Source of the DNA: Candidatus Pacearchaeota archaeon
GTDB lineage: Archaea > Nanobdellota > Nanobdellia > Pacearchaeales > GW2011-AR1
Assembly: GCA_040879765.1 (NCBI GenBank)
Contig: JBBDJQ010000002.1
Location: forward strand, 5 to 64,004
Length of the DNA: 64,000 bases
Direction: 5' to 3'
Positions 36,879 to 47,044 of this stretch are shown piece by piece. The translations under genes were made by a program, and so were the position numbers. The first letter of the stretch is position 1. Every line of letters begins with the position of its first letter. The notes under the pieces were generated by a model that saw only the letters and a program-made list of their open reading frames with translations, was not told the DNA's origin and ran no database searches.

Positions 36879-37772
36879 ATGAAATTTGATGTTGTATGTT
36901 TTGGGAGTGCAATGATTGATGCCTTCATGGAAACAAATACTCTTGAAGAAAAAGGACATTTAATGATTCCTTATGGCTGCAAGCAATTGCTTAAAAGTCT
37001 TAGTTTTGAAGTTGGAGGAGGAGGAACAAATACTTCTGTTGCATTTTCAAGACTTGGTTTAAAAACAGGATATATAGGAAAGATAGGAAACGATCAAAAT
37101 GGAAAATCTATAGAAGAAATTCTTAAAAAAGAAAATATTAGCTTCATTGGAAAAAAGATAAATGGCAAGACAAGTGGTTTTTCTGCAGTTCTAATAAGCA
37201 AGAATCATTATAGGTCCATACTTGCTTACAAAGGAATCAATGATGAAATTTCTAAAAAAGATTTGATAAATTTTGAAACAAAATGGCTTTATCTTTCTTC
37301 TATGATGGGTAAAAGCCTTAAAACCCAAATTGAATTAGCTAGTATATTAAAAAAAACTGGCACAAAGATTGTATTTAATCCTAGTGAATATCTTATAAAA
37401 TCAAGTAATTTAAATAAGATTATTGGGCTTTCTGATGTTTTGATTTTAAACAAGGAAGAGGCAGGATTTTTAACAGAGAGAAAAAATAAACTTAGGGCAA
37501 TTTCAGACATGGGCCCTAAAACAGTAGTCATAACTGATGCAGAAAAAACTGTGTATTGTTATAGTGATGGAAAATTTTATTCAAGAAAACCAAGAAAGAT
37601 AAGAGTCGTTGATAGAACAGGAGCAGGAGATGCATTTTCTGCAGGTTTTATTGCAGGACTTATAAAAGAAAAGTCGATTGACTTTTGTATGAAACTAGGG
37701 ATAAAAGAAGCCAAGGGAGTAATAAAAAACGTGGGTGCAAAAAATGGCCTAATAAGGATGAAGTTAAAATGA
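36879..37772 (+). CDS. PfkB-family carbohydrate kinase (possible phosphofructokinase or ribokinase)
   Basis: GGGGTN and DRTGAGDAF motifs. Confidence 0.7.
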   Translation: MKFDVVCFGSAMIDAFMETNTLEEKGHLMIPYGCKQLLKSLSFEVGGGGTNTSVAFSRLGLKTGYIGKIGNDQNGKSIEEILKKENISFIGKKINGKTSGFSAVLISKNHYRSILAYKGINDEISKKDLINFETKWLYLSSMMGKSLKTQIELASILKKTGTKIVFNPSEYLIKSSNLNKIIGLSDVLILNKEEAGFLTERKNKLRAISDMGPKTVVITDAEKTVYCYSDGKFYSRKPRKIRVVDRTGAGDAFSAGFIAGLIKEKSIDFCMKLGIKEAKGVIKNVGAKNGLIRMKLK

Positions 37773-38527
37773 AAATAAGATTAAACAAGATAATGAAAAA
37801 TGGCAAGGCATTATATTTGGCCTATGATCAGGGGATTGAGCATGGGCCTGAAAGCGACTTCAATGACAAATCTGTAGACCCAAAGGAGATTATAAAGATA
37901 GCAGAAAAAGGAAAATTTCAGGGTGTTGTACTCCATAAGGGCATAGCTGAAAAATATAAGGATGAAATAAAAAAATCAAAGGTTCCTCTAATATTGAAGC
38001 TTAATGGAAAAACAAAACTTTACAAAGGAGATCCTTATTCTCCTCCTCTTGGGACTGTAGAAGAAGCTGTAAATCTTGGAGCCTCTGCTGTAGGCTACAC
38101 AATATATCCTGGAAGCAAGTATGAGGGCAAGATGTTTAAAGAATTTGAAATAATTGAGAAGGATGCACATGCAAAAGGTCTTCCTGTTATAACATGGATT
38201 TATCCAAGGGGGGAAAATATAAAAAATGAAACTTCAAGGGAAATGATGGCTTATTCTGCCAGAATTGCGTTGGAGTTAGGTGCAGATATTGTTAAGATGA
38301 AGTACGGAGGAAATCTAAAAGATTTGAAATGGGCTGTAAGATCTGCAGGAAAAACCAAAGTGGTAATTTCAGGAGGGGTAAAAAAATCAAATAAGGAATT
38401 TCTAAAACAAGTAAGGGAAATAATGTCTTCAGGCGCCATTGGATTAGCTGTTGGAAGAAACATATGGCAAAGCAAAGATCCTCTGGATATAACCAATAAA
38501 ATAAAAAAGATAATTTTCTATAAATAA
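37769..38527 (+). CDS. fba: class I fructose-bisphosphate aldolase (archaeal DhnA/FbaB type)
   Basis: TIM-barrel aldolase pattern. Start moved to ATG 37769, which overlaps the pfkB stop in ATGA. Confidence 0.6.
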   Translation: MKIRLNKIMKNGKALYLAYDQGIEHGPESDFNDKSVDPKEIIKIAEKGKFQGVVLHKGIAEKYKDEIKKSKVPLILKLNGKTKLYKGDPYSPPLGTVEEAVNLGASAVGYTIYPGSKYEGKMFKEFEIIEKDAHAKGLPVITWIYPRGENIKNETSREMMAYSARIALELGADIVKMKYGGNLKDLKWAVRSAGKTKVVISGGVKKSNKEFLKQVREIMSSGAIGLAVGRNIWQSKDPLDITNKIKKIIFYK

Positions 38528-38528
38528 T

Positions 38529-38825
38529 ATGAAAAAAAGAAAAAAATTAAAAGAGAAATGGGATGGAGAGCCATCATTAGTTTCCCTGTCCCTTCTCACA
38601 TTTGCAACTCTTTTTACAGGAACAATTTTTTATAGTTATGTGGAAAATTTAAATCTTATAGATGCGCTCTATTTTAGTTTTATAACGCTTACAACAATAG
38701 GTTATGGAGATATTACACCTACAGGGTCCATATCGAAAATTTTTACTATCTTCTATGTAATTATAGGACTAGGGATTATTTTTGGATTCATAAACTTAAT
38801 TGCGAAAAGAAGGAGAAGGATATGA
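38529..38825 (+). CDS. minimal two-TM potassium channel (98 aa; selectivity filter TIGYGD)
   Basis: M1 helix, pore helix, TTIGYGDITP, M2 helix, then a short basic tail. No cytoplasmic domain. Confidence 0.75.
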   Translation: MKKRKKLKEKWDGEPSLVSLSLLTFATLFTGTIFYSYVENLNLIDALYFSFITLTTIGYGDITPTGSISKIFTIFYVIIGLGIIFGFINLIAKRRRRI

Positions 38826-39445
38826 TTGTTATAAATTTCAAAAACTATAAAGTAGGAGAAAAATCTCTGGAGCTTGCAAAAAAGATTGAGAAATTTTTTC
38901 CGAAAGCAATTGTTTCTGTGCCCTCCATTAATGCACAAAAGATAAAGGACAAAACAAAATTAGAAGTTTATTTGCAACATATTGATTTCCATGAAAAAGG
39001 GAAAAGTAGCGGGTTTTTAATTCCTGAAGCATCTAAATCAATAGGAATTGAAGGAAGTTTATTAAATCATTCAGAGCATAGGTTGAAATCAAAAGAAATA
39101 AAAAAAACAATTAAAAGAGCAAATAAAAATAAATTGAAAATTATCTTGTGCGTTAAATCGATTAGAGAAGCTAGAAAATATAAAAAAGAAAAACCCTTTG
39201 CAATTGCTTTCGAAGACCCAAAATTAATTTCAACTGGAAAATCAATTACAAAATATAAAAGTAAGGAATTATTAAAATTTATTTCCTTATTTAAGAAATC
39301 AAAAATTTTGCCCTTCTGTGGGGCGGGAATTTCTTCAAATGAAGATTATATTGAAGCATTAAAGATGGGTTGTAAAGGAGTCTTAATCTCATCAGCGATT
39401 GCAAATTCAAAAAATCCGGAAAATTTTTTAAAAAGAATAGTTTAA
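38822..39445 (+). CDS. tpiA: triosephosphate isomerase (short archaeal type)
   Basis: 207 aa. Archaeal TIM motifs including GAGISS. Confidence 0.75.
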   Translation: MIVINFKNYKVGEKSLELAKKIEKFFPKAIVSVPSINAQKIKDKTKLEVYLQHIDFHEKGKSSGFLIPEASKSIGIEGSLLNHSEHRLKSKEIKKTIKRANKNKLKIILCVKSIREARKYKKEKPFAIAFEDPKLISTGKSITKYKSKELLKFISLFKKSKILPFCGAGISSNEDYIEALKMGCKGVLISSAIANSKNPENFLKRIV

Positions 39446-39483
39446 AAAAGAAAAATATTTAATTATAAGGGAAAAAATTAAAA

Positions 39484-40158
39484 ATGGTAGTTAAAAAAAG
39501 AGGCAAAAAAAAAGATAAAGAGCATTGGTGGCAAGGACACAAGAATTTTAAAGTTGTGATTTTTGGGTCTTCGAGAATAAAAAATGATGATTCTAGTTAT
39601 AAAAGAGTTAAAAATCTTGCAAAAATGATTGGAGAAAGGGGGATAGATGTAATAACTGGAGGGGGCCCTGGATTGATGAAGGCTGCAAGTTATGGGCACC
39701 ACCTTGGAAGAAAAAAATCCAAAGTGAAGACACATACATTTGGCTTGTCCATAAGACTTCCAAATGAACAGGAAACTAATAAATTTGTAGATATAGAAAA
39801 AAATTTTGTAAGATTTTCAAACAGGATAGATAATTTTATGCTTTTGGCAAATGCGATTGTTATTGCTCCTGGAGGTGTTGGAACTCTTTTAGAATTATTC
39901 TATTCATGGCAATTAGTTCAAGTAAAACAGGCTTGTGACATCCCAATAATCCTTATGGGGGATCAATGGCCAGATTTAATAAAATGGCTGAAAAAATATC
40001 CTATGAAGAAGAAATTAATAGGAAAAGATGATATGAATTTTTTGTTCTTTGTTAAAACTCCAGAAGAAGCAATGGAAATTATAGACAAGACATGTGACAA
40101 ATATAATAAAGGTGAAAAGGATTTCTGTTTGAATTATAAGAAGTATAAATTTAATTAA
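39484..40158 (+). CDS. LOG-family protein (TIGR00730 Rossmann-fold nucleotide-binding)
   Basis: VITGGGPGLM and PGGVGTLLE motifs. Confidence 0.75.
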   Translation: MVVKKRGKKKDKEHWWQGHKNFKVVIFGSSRIKNDDSSYKRVKNLAKMIGERGIDVITGGGPGLMKAASYGHHLGRKKSKVKTHTFGLSIRLPNEQETNKFVDIEKNFVRFSNRIDNFMLLANAIVIAPGGVGTLLELFYSWQLVQVKQACDIPIILMGDQWPDLIKWLKKYPMKKKLIGKDDMNFLFFVKTPEEAMEIIDKTCDKYNKGEKDFCLNYKKYKFN

Positions 40159-41972
40159 ATTTTTTTAGCTTCTTTCACAATATTTTTTGAGGAAATTCCA
40201 TATTTTTCTAAAAGTTCCTGAGATTTTCCTGAGTGTGGAATTTCTTTTATGGCCAAGTGTTTGAATTTAAATTTTCCTGAAACGGATTCTGAAATCATTT
40301 CTCCAATTCCTCCTTCACTATGGTGGTCTTCAACCACAATTAATTTTTTGCCGTGTTTTTTTAAAAAGTTTTCAAATTTTTTATGATTAAAAGGTTTAAC
40401 TGAATAAATATCTACTACTGCCGAATTTATTCCATTTTGTTTTAATTCTTCATGTGCTTTAAGAGATTCATGTAAAGTTATTCCTGCACCTGCAATTACT
40501 ATTTTATCTTTTTTAGATTGCTTTAATATTTTGAAATCTCCTGGCTTGAATTTTTCTTTATCTGGATAGATTACAGGAGTTTTACCCCTTGTTGTCCTTA
40601 GATATTTTATTCCATTCAACCTAGAGCATAAACTAGTTAGTTCTCTTGCAGAAACTGCGTCGCTTGGATAGAATACGTAACTTTTTGAAAGGTTTCTAAA
40701 AATTGCCAAATCTTCCAGTCCCATTTGAGAAGCCCCGTCTTCCCCTATAGAAACTCCTGCATGAGAACCACAGAAGGTTAATTTTTTTGGATTTGAAAGT
40801 GCAGCCATTCTTATTTGGTCGTGAGCTCTTGAAAAAAATGCTGAGAAAGTTGAAGCAAAAACGTTGAAACCTTTTTTTTCTAAGCCCAAGGCCATTGAAA
40901 CCATATTTTGTTCTGCTATAAAAGATTCTATAAAATTCCTTGGTTTGAATTTTTTTACTTTTTCAGAAAAAGTTGAATTGCTTACTTCTGCATCCAAGAC
41001 TAAAGTTTCTGGATTTTTATTTACCAAAGAAAGTAAGGCGTCTCCATAAGATTCCCTGGTTGCAATTTCTTCATTCAATAAATATTTTTTTGGGGCAAAT
41101 TTTCCAGGTTTTATTTTTCTTAATCTTAACTTAGAAGGTTTCTTTATATTTAATTTTGGAATTTTTGGGTTTGGAATTTCTTTCAGAGCTCTTTCTAAAT
41201 CTAATTCATTTAATGCTTTTCCATGAAAGCCCTCTTTATTTTCTAAGAAAGAAACTCCCTTCCCTTTGAAAGTTTTTGCAAGAATTATCGAAGGTCTTTT
41301 TGAATTTTTTGATTTCTTTAAAGCATTTCTTATTTGTTTTACATTGTGCCCATCAATTATTGAGACATTCCATCCGAAGCCTTTGAATCTTTTTTTATAT
41401 TCTTTTGTATCATGCCCTAAAAGGGTTTCCCCTCTTTGTCCAAGTCTATTGATATCAATTATCGCTATTAAATTATCCGTGTTGTAAAATTTTGCAATTT
41501 CTAAAGCCTCAAATATACTTCCTTCCGCAACTTCTGAATCTCCTAGAAGAACATAAGTTTTGTATTTTCTTCCTTGGAGTTTTGCTGCTAAAGCCATTCC
41601 GACTCCTACCCCTAAACCTTGTCCAAGACTTCCTGTTGCAACCTTTATCCAATTCAAAGATTTTGGCATTGGGTGCCCTTCCAAAGGAGAATTTAATTTT
41701 CTTAATTTCATTAAATCGTTTTTTATGCATCCTGCATGGAATAAAGAAGAGTAAAGAATTGGTGCTGCATGCCCCTTGCTTAAAATGAATTCATCATTGT
41801 CTGGATTTTCAGAATTTTTTACATCATAAGACATTTCATCAAAAAATAAAACAGACATTAATTCTGCACAAGACATGCAAGAAGTTGGATGACCTGAACC
41901 AGCTTTGGTTGTCATTTTTAAGACATCTCTTCTCAAGAGATTTGCCATGTTCGCAAGATGTTTATTGTTCAT
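40155..41972 (-). CDS. tkt: transketolase (N- and C-terminal halves fused, 605 aa)
   Basis: TPP-binding GDS/E motif, HxxxxG, and the C-terminal domain in one frame. Confidence 0.85.
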   Translation of the reverse strand: MNNKHLANMANLLRRDVLKMTTKAGSGHPTSCMSCAELMSVLFFDEMSYDVKNSENPDNDEFILSKGHAAPILYSSLFHAGCIKNDLMKLRKLNSPLEGHPMPKSLNWIKVATGSLGQGLGVGVGMALAAKLQGRKYKTYVLLGDSEVAEGSIFEALEIAKFYNTDNLIAIIDINRLGQRGETLLGHDTKEYKKRFKGFGWNVSIIDGHNVKQIRNALKKSKNSKRPSIILAKTFKGKGVSFLENKEGFHGKALNELDLERALKEIPNPKIPKLNIKKPSKLRLRKIKPGKFAPKKYLLNEEIATRESYGDALLSLVNKNPETLVLDAEVSNSTFSEKVKKFKPRNFIESFIAEQNMVSMALGLEKKGFNVFASTFSAFFSRAHDQIRMAALSNPKKLTFCGSHAGVSIGEDGASQMGLEDLAIFRNLSKSYVFYPSDAVSARELTSLCSRLNGIKYLRTTRGKTPVIYPDKEKFKPGDFKILKQSKKDKIVIAGAGITLHESLKAHEELKQNGINSAVVDIYSVKPFNHKKFENFLKKHGKKLIVVEDHHSEGGIGEMISESVSGKFKFKHLAIKEIPHSGKSQELLEKYGISSKNIVKEAKKI

Positions 41973-42194
41973 TTTCTAATTTGTCTAATATGAATTTAGA
42001 ATACCATTCATGCCACTTAGAATCTTTATTGCCAATTTTTTTTTCATATTTATGATGAGCCCTGCTAGCCTCGAGCAAAAGTCCAGCAAGTTTCTTATTG
42101 TTTAACTTTGCCATATAAACCCCTATGCACAGACGAATAAGGAATTAGTTATAAATTTAACTTAAATAAAAAAAATAAAAAAAATTATTCATGA

Positions 42195-42386
42195 TTAATG
42201 TTTATTAACCATGTGATAGATCATGTAAAGTGCAGAAATACCCACAAGACCGTATACAACGTTAACAAGAATTGGCCATGAACCAAGAATCAAATCAACT
42301 ACATTGTAGTTGAAAGCTTCAGATCCCCAGTTAAGACCCCCAATGATTAATAAAACCATTGAAACTCCTTTCAAATCGCTTTTCAT
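42195..42386 (-). CDS. DUF378 small membrane protein
   Basis: GGLNWG motif. 63 aa. Confidence 0.55.
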   Translation of the reverse strand: MKSDLKGVSMVLLIIGGLNWGSEAFNYNVVDLILGSWPILVNVVYGLVGISALYMIYHMVNKH

Positions 42387-42481
42387 TTTTACCTCCTTTT
42401 CTTTTTAATATTAGGTCTATAGAGTATAAAAATGTAATTCTTTCACAAGTTTTATAAGTTTTGAAGAATAGATAGTGTAAA

Positions 42482-43237
42482 GTGGTGATTAAGAAAGTTT
42501 TGTTATTAGGAGGTACTGGAAGAATAGGTCCGGGTTTTATTGAAGAATATGAAAAAAATTATTCTAAAAAATATGATTTGATTCTTGGATATCATACCAA
42601 AAAACCTAAATCAAAATTGAAATCAATTAAAGTAGATATTTCAAATATTAATTCTTTAAAAAAAGCCATGAAAGGAATAAGTGTTGTTATTAATTTGGCA
42701 GCAAATTCTAATGCCGATGCAAAATTTGAGGAAGTTTTGATGCCAAACATTGTTGGGGCTTACAATGTTTTCAAAGCGGCTAAAGAATCTAAAATTAAGA
42801 GAGTTATTTTTGCAAGTTCAATTCATGCCGTTAAAGGATATTCTGAAAAACATAAAATAAAATCAGATGACTCACCAAAACCTTCAGATTTCTATGGAGC
42901 TTCAAAAGCATTTGGAGAATCTTTATGTTTTGTTTTTTCAAAGAAATATAATTTATCTTGTTTAGCTATAAGAATCGGGGCTTATGTTTCAAATGATATG
43001 CAAAAAAGCATTTGTTATTCTAGAGAAGATTATGGACATGTTATAAGTCAAAGAGATTTTGGGCAATTGATTCATAAAGCAATAATGGCTCCAGAAAAAA
43101 TAAAATACGGAATTTTGCATGGAGTTTCAAAAAACCAACATAGTCACTTGAATTTGAAAGAAACTAAAAAGCTTGTTGGCTATAATCCAAAAGACGATGC
43201 TTATAAAATTTGTAAGGTTATTAAATTAAAAAAATGA
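42482..43237 (+). CDS. NAD-dependent epimerase/dehydratase (SDR family)
   Basis: GGTGRIG Rossmann motif, Y-x3-K. Confidence 0.7.
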   Translation: MVIKKVLLLGGTGRIGPGFIEEYEKNYSKKYDLILGYHTKKPKSKLKSIKVDISNINSLKKAMKGISVVINLAANSNADAKFEEVLMPNIVGAYNVFKAAKESKIKRVIFASSIHAVKGYSEKHKIKSDDSPKPSDFYGASKAFGESLCFVFSKKYNLSCLAIRIGAYVSNDMQKSICYSREDYGHVISQRDFGQLIHKAIMAPEKIKYGILHGVSKNQHSHLNLKETKKLVGYNPKDDAYKICKVIKLKK

Positions 43238-43298
43238 AACTGAATTTTGTTACGAAGTGGGATGCTGGAGATGATGAGAACCCGCAGGAGGTTCTTAA

Positions 43299-44204
43299 AT
43301 GAAAAAACATATAGGATTTATAGGATTGGGAAAAATGGGAAGCAACATGGTCCTGAAGCTGCTTGACGAAGGCTACAGGATTTCTGTTTACAATCGCTCC
43401 TCTGGAAAATCTAAAAGCCTTGGGAAGAAAAAAAATGTTTACCCTTATTTTTCATTAAAAGAATTTTCTGAAAGCCTTTCTAAACCAAGAATCATATTTA
43501 TAATGGTGACTGCAGGAAAAGCCGTTGACAAAATCCTCGAAGAACTTGAACCCCAGCTTTCAAAAAAAGATATCATAATAGATGGAGGAAATTCTAATTA
43601 TGAAGATTCAATAAAAAGATATAAGAAATTAAAGAAAAAAGGTCTTTATTTTCTTGACGTAGGAGTTTCAGGAGGTGTCAAAAGAGCAAGAAACGGGACT
43701 AGTCTGATGATTGGGGGGGACAAAAATATTTTCAAAAAAGTCGAAACTTTATTCAGAGATTTGTCTGCGAAAAAAGGTTATGAATATTTTGGGACCTCAG
43801 GAGCAGGGCATTTTGTAAAAACCATTCACAATAGCATTGAATATTCTCTTTTAGAATCTTATGGAGAAGGCTTCGAGATTCTTCACAGAAGCAGAGAATA
43901 CAAATTAGATTATGAAAAAATTTCAAGAGTCTGGAATAATGGGAGCATAATACAGTCAAGAATAATTGAATTGGCTGAGAAGGTTTTTAGAAAAGAACCT
44001 GAGTTAAAAAATTTTATAGGAAAAATAGGAGGAGGGGAAACGGGAAGCTGGGGATTAAAGATTGCGAAAAAAGAAAAAGTTGAAGCAGGGGCCCTTGAAC
44101 ATGCAATCAAAAAAAGAAAGTCTTCTATGAAAAAACAGTCATTTTCAACAAAGTTCGTTTCCGCATTAAGGAAAGAATTTGGAGGTCATGAAGAGCCAAG
44201 ATAG
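43299..44204 (+). CDS. gnd: 6-phosphogluconate dehydrogenase, short form (about 300 aa, decarboxylating-like)
   Basis: GFIGLGKMGSNM N-terminus. Confidence 0.7.
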   Translation: MKKHIGFIGLGKMGSNMVLKLLDEGYRISVYNRSSGKSKSLGKKKNVYPYFSLKEFSESLSKPRIIFIMVTAGKAVDKILEELEPQLSKKDIIIDGGNSNYEDSIKRYKKLKKKGLYFLDVGVSGGVKRARNGTSLMIGGDKNIFKKVETLFRDLSAKKGYEYFGTSGAGHFVKTIHNSIEYSLLESYGEGFEILHRSREYKLDYEKISRVWNNGSIIQSRIIELAEKVFRKEPELKNFIGKIGGGETGSWGLKIAKKEKVEAGALEHAIKKRKSSMKKQSFSTKFVSALRKEFGGHEEPR

Positions 44205-44205
44205 A

Positions 44206-44691
44206 ATGATTTCAAATTACAAAAAAACCATAAGATACTTTGAAAAGAGCGAATCTAAAAAAAGGCTCATGAAAGATGTAGGAGACTGGTATTCTGACAA
44301 GAGGGCTGTTGGAGAAGAGTTGAAAAAAAATCCAAAAAAAGTTGTTTATGAAACCTTTACAGATAAACTCAATCCTATAAATTTAACTTTAACAGTGATC
44401 CATCCCGGAACAATAGGAAAAGAATATCACATGACAAGGGGACATATTCATGGGAAAAAAACCCCTGAGTTTTATATTCTTTTGGATGGCAGAGGAATCT
44501 TACTAATTCAGAACAAATCAAAAGTTAAAACAATTAATTTAAAAAAAGGAGAAATTGCTTTGATTCCAAAAAATTATGCACATAGATTAATAAATAATGG
44601 AAGCAAAAAATTAAAAGTGTTGACGATTTATGATGAGAAATCTAAGCCAGACTATAAAATTAAGTTCAGACGTAGATTGTATAAGAAGTAA
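44206..44691 (+). CDS. pgiA: cupin-type glucose-6-phosphate isomerase (archaeal cPGI)
   Basis: TVIHPGTIGKEYHMTRGHIHGK and GEIALIPKNYAHRLINNG match the conserved cPGI metal-binding motifs as I recall them from archaeal cPGIs. Confidence 0.75.
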   Translation: MISNYKKTIRYFEKSESKKRLMKDVGDWYSDKRAVGEELKKNPKKVVYETFTDKLNPINLTLTVIHPGTIGKEYHMTRGHIHGKKTPEFYILLDGRGILLIQNKSKVKTINLKKGEIALIPKNYAHRLINNGSKKLKVLTIYDEKSKPDYKIKFRRRLYKK

Positions 44692-44745
44692 AATAGGTGA
44701 GAAAAATAAAAAACTGTTACACATAAGTGTAGTGAAGCGCAGAAA

Positions 44746-45219
44746 ATGAAAAATAAAAAAATTTACATTTCAGGGGACCACGCTGGTTTTAATCTAAAAG
44801 AAGAAATAAAACCCTGGCTCCAAAAAGAAGGGTATGAAATAAGGGAGTTTGGACCTTATGATTACAAGAAAGATGATGATTATCCGGATTTTATCATCTC
44901 TATGGCTAAAGCTCTCGTAAAAGACAAGGATAAAAATTCAAGGGGATTGATAATTGCTGGCAGCGGACAAGGGGAGATGATAGCTGCAAACAAATTGAAG
45001 GGAATAAGAGCTGCCTTGTTTTATGGCGGAAATCTTAAGATAATTAAAACAACGAGAAAGCATAATGATTCCAATATTTTATGCATTGGAGCCAGATTCA
45101 TAAGAGATGAAGCAGAGGTCAAAAAAGCTATTGATTTATTTCTAAAGACCAGGTTTAGCAATGCTGGAAGACATAAGAGAAGGTTGGAGAAATTTAAAAG
45201 TCTGGGTTCTAAATTATAA
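44746..45219 (+). CDS. rpiB: ribose-5-phosphate isomerase B
   Basis: IYISGDHAGF...GLIIAGSGQGEMIAANK. Confidence 0.8.
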   Translation: MKNKKIYISGDHAGFNLKEEIKPWLQKEGYEIREFGPYDYKKDDDYPDFIISMAKALVKDKDKNSRGLIIAGSGQGEMIAANKLKGIRAALFYGGNLKIIKTTRKHNDSNILCIGARFIRDEAEVKKAIDLFLKTRFSNAGRHKRRLEKFKSLGSKL

Positions 45220-45257
45220 AATATTAGGAAATTTATTTCAAAATAGAAGAGGCAAAA

Positions 45258-46331
45258 ATGAAGTTAAAAGAGATTCATAAAAAAGTTCCCAAAAAAAAGA
45301 ACAGGGGATTTTATCTTCTTGGGTTTATTATTTCACTTTATTTTTTCATCCTTTCAATTACAATAATTGTTCATTCCTTTTCTTTAATGGGAGAATCATT
45401 ATTTAATATAACAAAAAATGATTTAGATCCTTTGAATGCTCTTGGGATTGGATGGCTTCTGACTCTTATTATGCAATCAAGCGGGGCTGCGGCCTCTGGA
45501 CTCATGGCCCTGAGTCATGCAGGAGTGATAGGAACAGGAATTTTAATTTACATGATTATTGGGACAAGAATAGGAACGACAATTACAGCCTTAGTTGTTT
45601 CTCTTCTGATTCCAGCAAAAAGAAGGGACTTTAGACATGGTTTTGAAATAGGACTCGCCAATCTCGTTTTTGCGTTTCCTATAGTGATTGTAATGTTTCT
45701 TATAGAATTCTTCTTTTCGTTTTTCTCAAATGCTGGAGAGTATTTTTCAGGGATTAACACTTCTTTTTCAATTGGCTTTATAGAGGTGATAACAATTCCG
45801 GTGATAGAAATTCTGGGATTTGTTCCATTATACCTTCTTGGAATTTTAGGAGTCTTGCTCCTTATTATTAGCCTTAGAAAAATGCCCGATTTCATGTTTG
45901 AGCTTTGGGGAAGAGATTATGTAAAAAAACAGATGAATAAATACATGGACAAAAAAACCTTCTCATTCTTTGCTGGGCTTTTGATATCCATTCTTCTGGC
46001 TTCGACAACCACCACAATAACGCTCCTGATTCCTTTGATAGTCTCAAGAGTCATGAATCTAAAAAAAGTGATTCCTTACATAATCGGGACGAATCTTGGA
46101 GGTGTCATAGACATTTTGATAACAGGTCTGGTAATAGGTAGTTCTGCAATCCCTGCAGTTTTTACGTATGTTTCATTCAGCCTCATAGGTCTTCTATGGC
46201 TCTTAAACACAAACCTTCTGTTCAACATAACAAAATCCATATCAAAAAGAACCCTGCACGTTTCAAGAAAAAGAGCATTTTATTTCTTAATCGGTTTTAT
46301 ACTTCTCTCTGTTATTTTGAGTTTTGCATAA
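45258..46331 (+). CDS. Na+/phosphate cotransporter (PNaS) family membrane protein
   Basis: Two repeats of a QSSGA/GSSA-type motif within multiple TM helices. Confidence 0.45.
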   Translation: MKLKEIHKKVPKKKNRGFYLLGFIISLYFFILSITIIVHSFSLMGESLFNITKNDLDPLNALGIGWLLTLIMQSSGAAASGLMALSHAGVIGTGILIYMIIGTRIGTTITALVVSLLIPAKRRDFRHGFEIGLANLVFAFPIVIVMFLIEFFFSFFSNAGEYFSGINTSFSIGFIEVITIPVIEILGFVPLYLLGILGVLLLIISLRKMPDFMFELWGRDYVKKQMNKYMDKKTFSFFAGLLISILLASTTTTITLLIPLIVSRVMNLKKVIPYIIGTNLGGVIDILITGLVIGSSAIPAVFTYVSFSLIGLLWLLNTNLLFNITKSISKRTLHVSRKRAFYFLIGFILLSVILSFA

Positions 46332-46481
46332 AACCTAAAAATAAAAAACCAAAATAGTCCCAAAAGACACAAAGAAGTTAATAGAAGAAGAAATTGTATT
46401 TAATAGATTTGAGTTGAGGATAATAGGAATCATAGAATTGCTTTTTCTTGTTTTTCGTGGTCGCCCAAAATAATTTTTATT

Positions 46482-46973
46482 TTATACAACAAAAGCAAAA
46501 TTCAAAATTCCGGCGAAAGTTAACCATAATAAATAAGGAGCCAAAAGCCATGCTGATTTTCTATCAATCTTCCATGTTATAAAAATCATCGCCCATATTG
46601 TTACCCATATAAATGTCAAATCAATAAAAGCAAGAAGCGGTTTTTGAAGTTCAAAGAATAAATAACTCCATATTGCATTAAAAATTAAATTTAAACCGAA
46701 AACAATTCCAACAATTTTCTTTTCTCTTTTATCTGATTTTGTCCATGCGAAATAAAGAGATAGTGTAATTAAAAAATATAAAATAGTCCAAACAGGTCCA
46801 AAAATCCAGCTTGGAGGATTAAATGAAGGCTGATTTTCAACATACCAATTACTATCAACATTTCCCGATGTAAAAAGACTTCCAAAAAAAGCAACTACAA
46901 AGACCATCACAAGACAGACAAGGAAAATCTTCCAATCAAATCCGCCCTGCTTTTTAGCCTTCTTTCTCATTAA
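46482..46973 (-). CDS. tspO: TspO/MBR (tryptophan-rich sensory protein) family
   Basis: Trp-rich five-TM pattern. Start trimmed to the internal Met (MRKKAKK). Confidence 0.65.
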   Translation of the reverse strand, partial: LMRKKAKKQGGFDWKIFLVCLVMVFVVAFFGSLFTSGNVDSNWYVENQPSFNPPSWIFGPVWTILYFLITLSLYFAWTKSDKREKKIVGIVFGLNLIFNAIWSYLFFELQKPLLAFIDLTFIWVTIWAMIFITWKIDRKSAWLLAPYLLWLTFAGILNFAFVV

Positions 46974-47044
46974 ACAATAAAAGACAGAGAAGTTTATAAT
47001 ATATTCCAAGGAAGTTTTATATAATAAGTTTCCCATAAATAAAT

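Noticed and set aside
37685-37768. N-terminal extension of the fba ORF overlapping the pfkB 3' end
   Set aside because: An in-frame ATG at 37769 overlaps the pfkB stop (ATGA) and gives a DhnA-type aldolase of normal length. The extension would encode a K/R-rich tail in another gene's reading frame.
41492-41788. Small overlapping ORFs on both strands inside tkt
   Set aside because: They are antisense or out of frame relative to a complete transketolase.
45548-45895. 115-aa minus-strand ORF within the Na/Pi cotransporter-family gene
   Set aside because: It is antisense to a multi-TM protein that carries the repeated QSSGA/GSSA motif.
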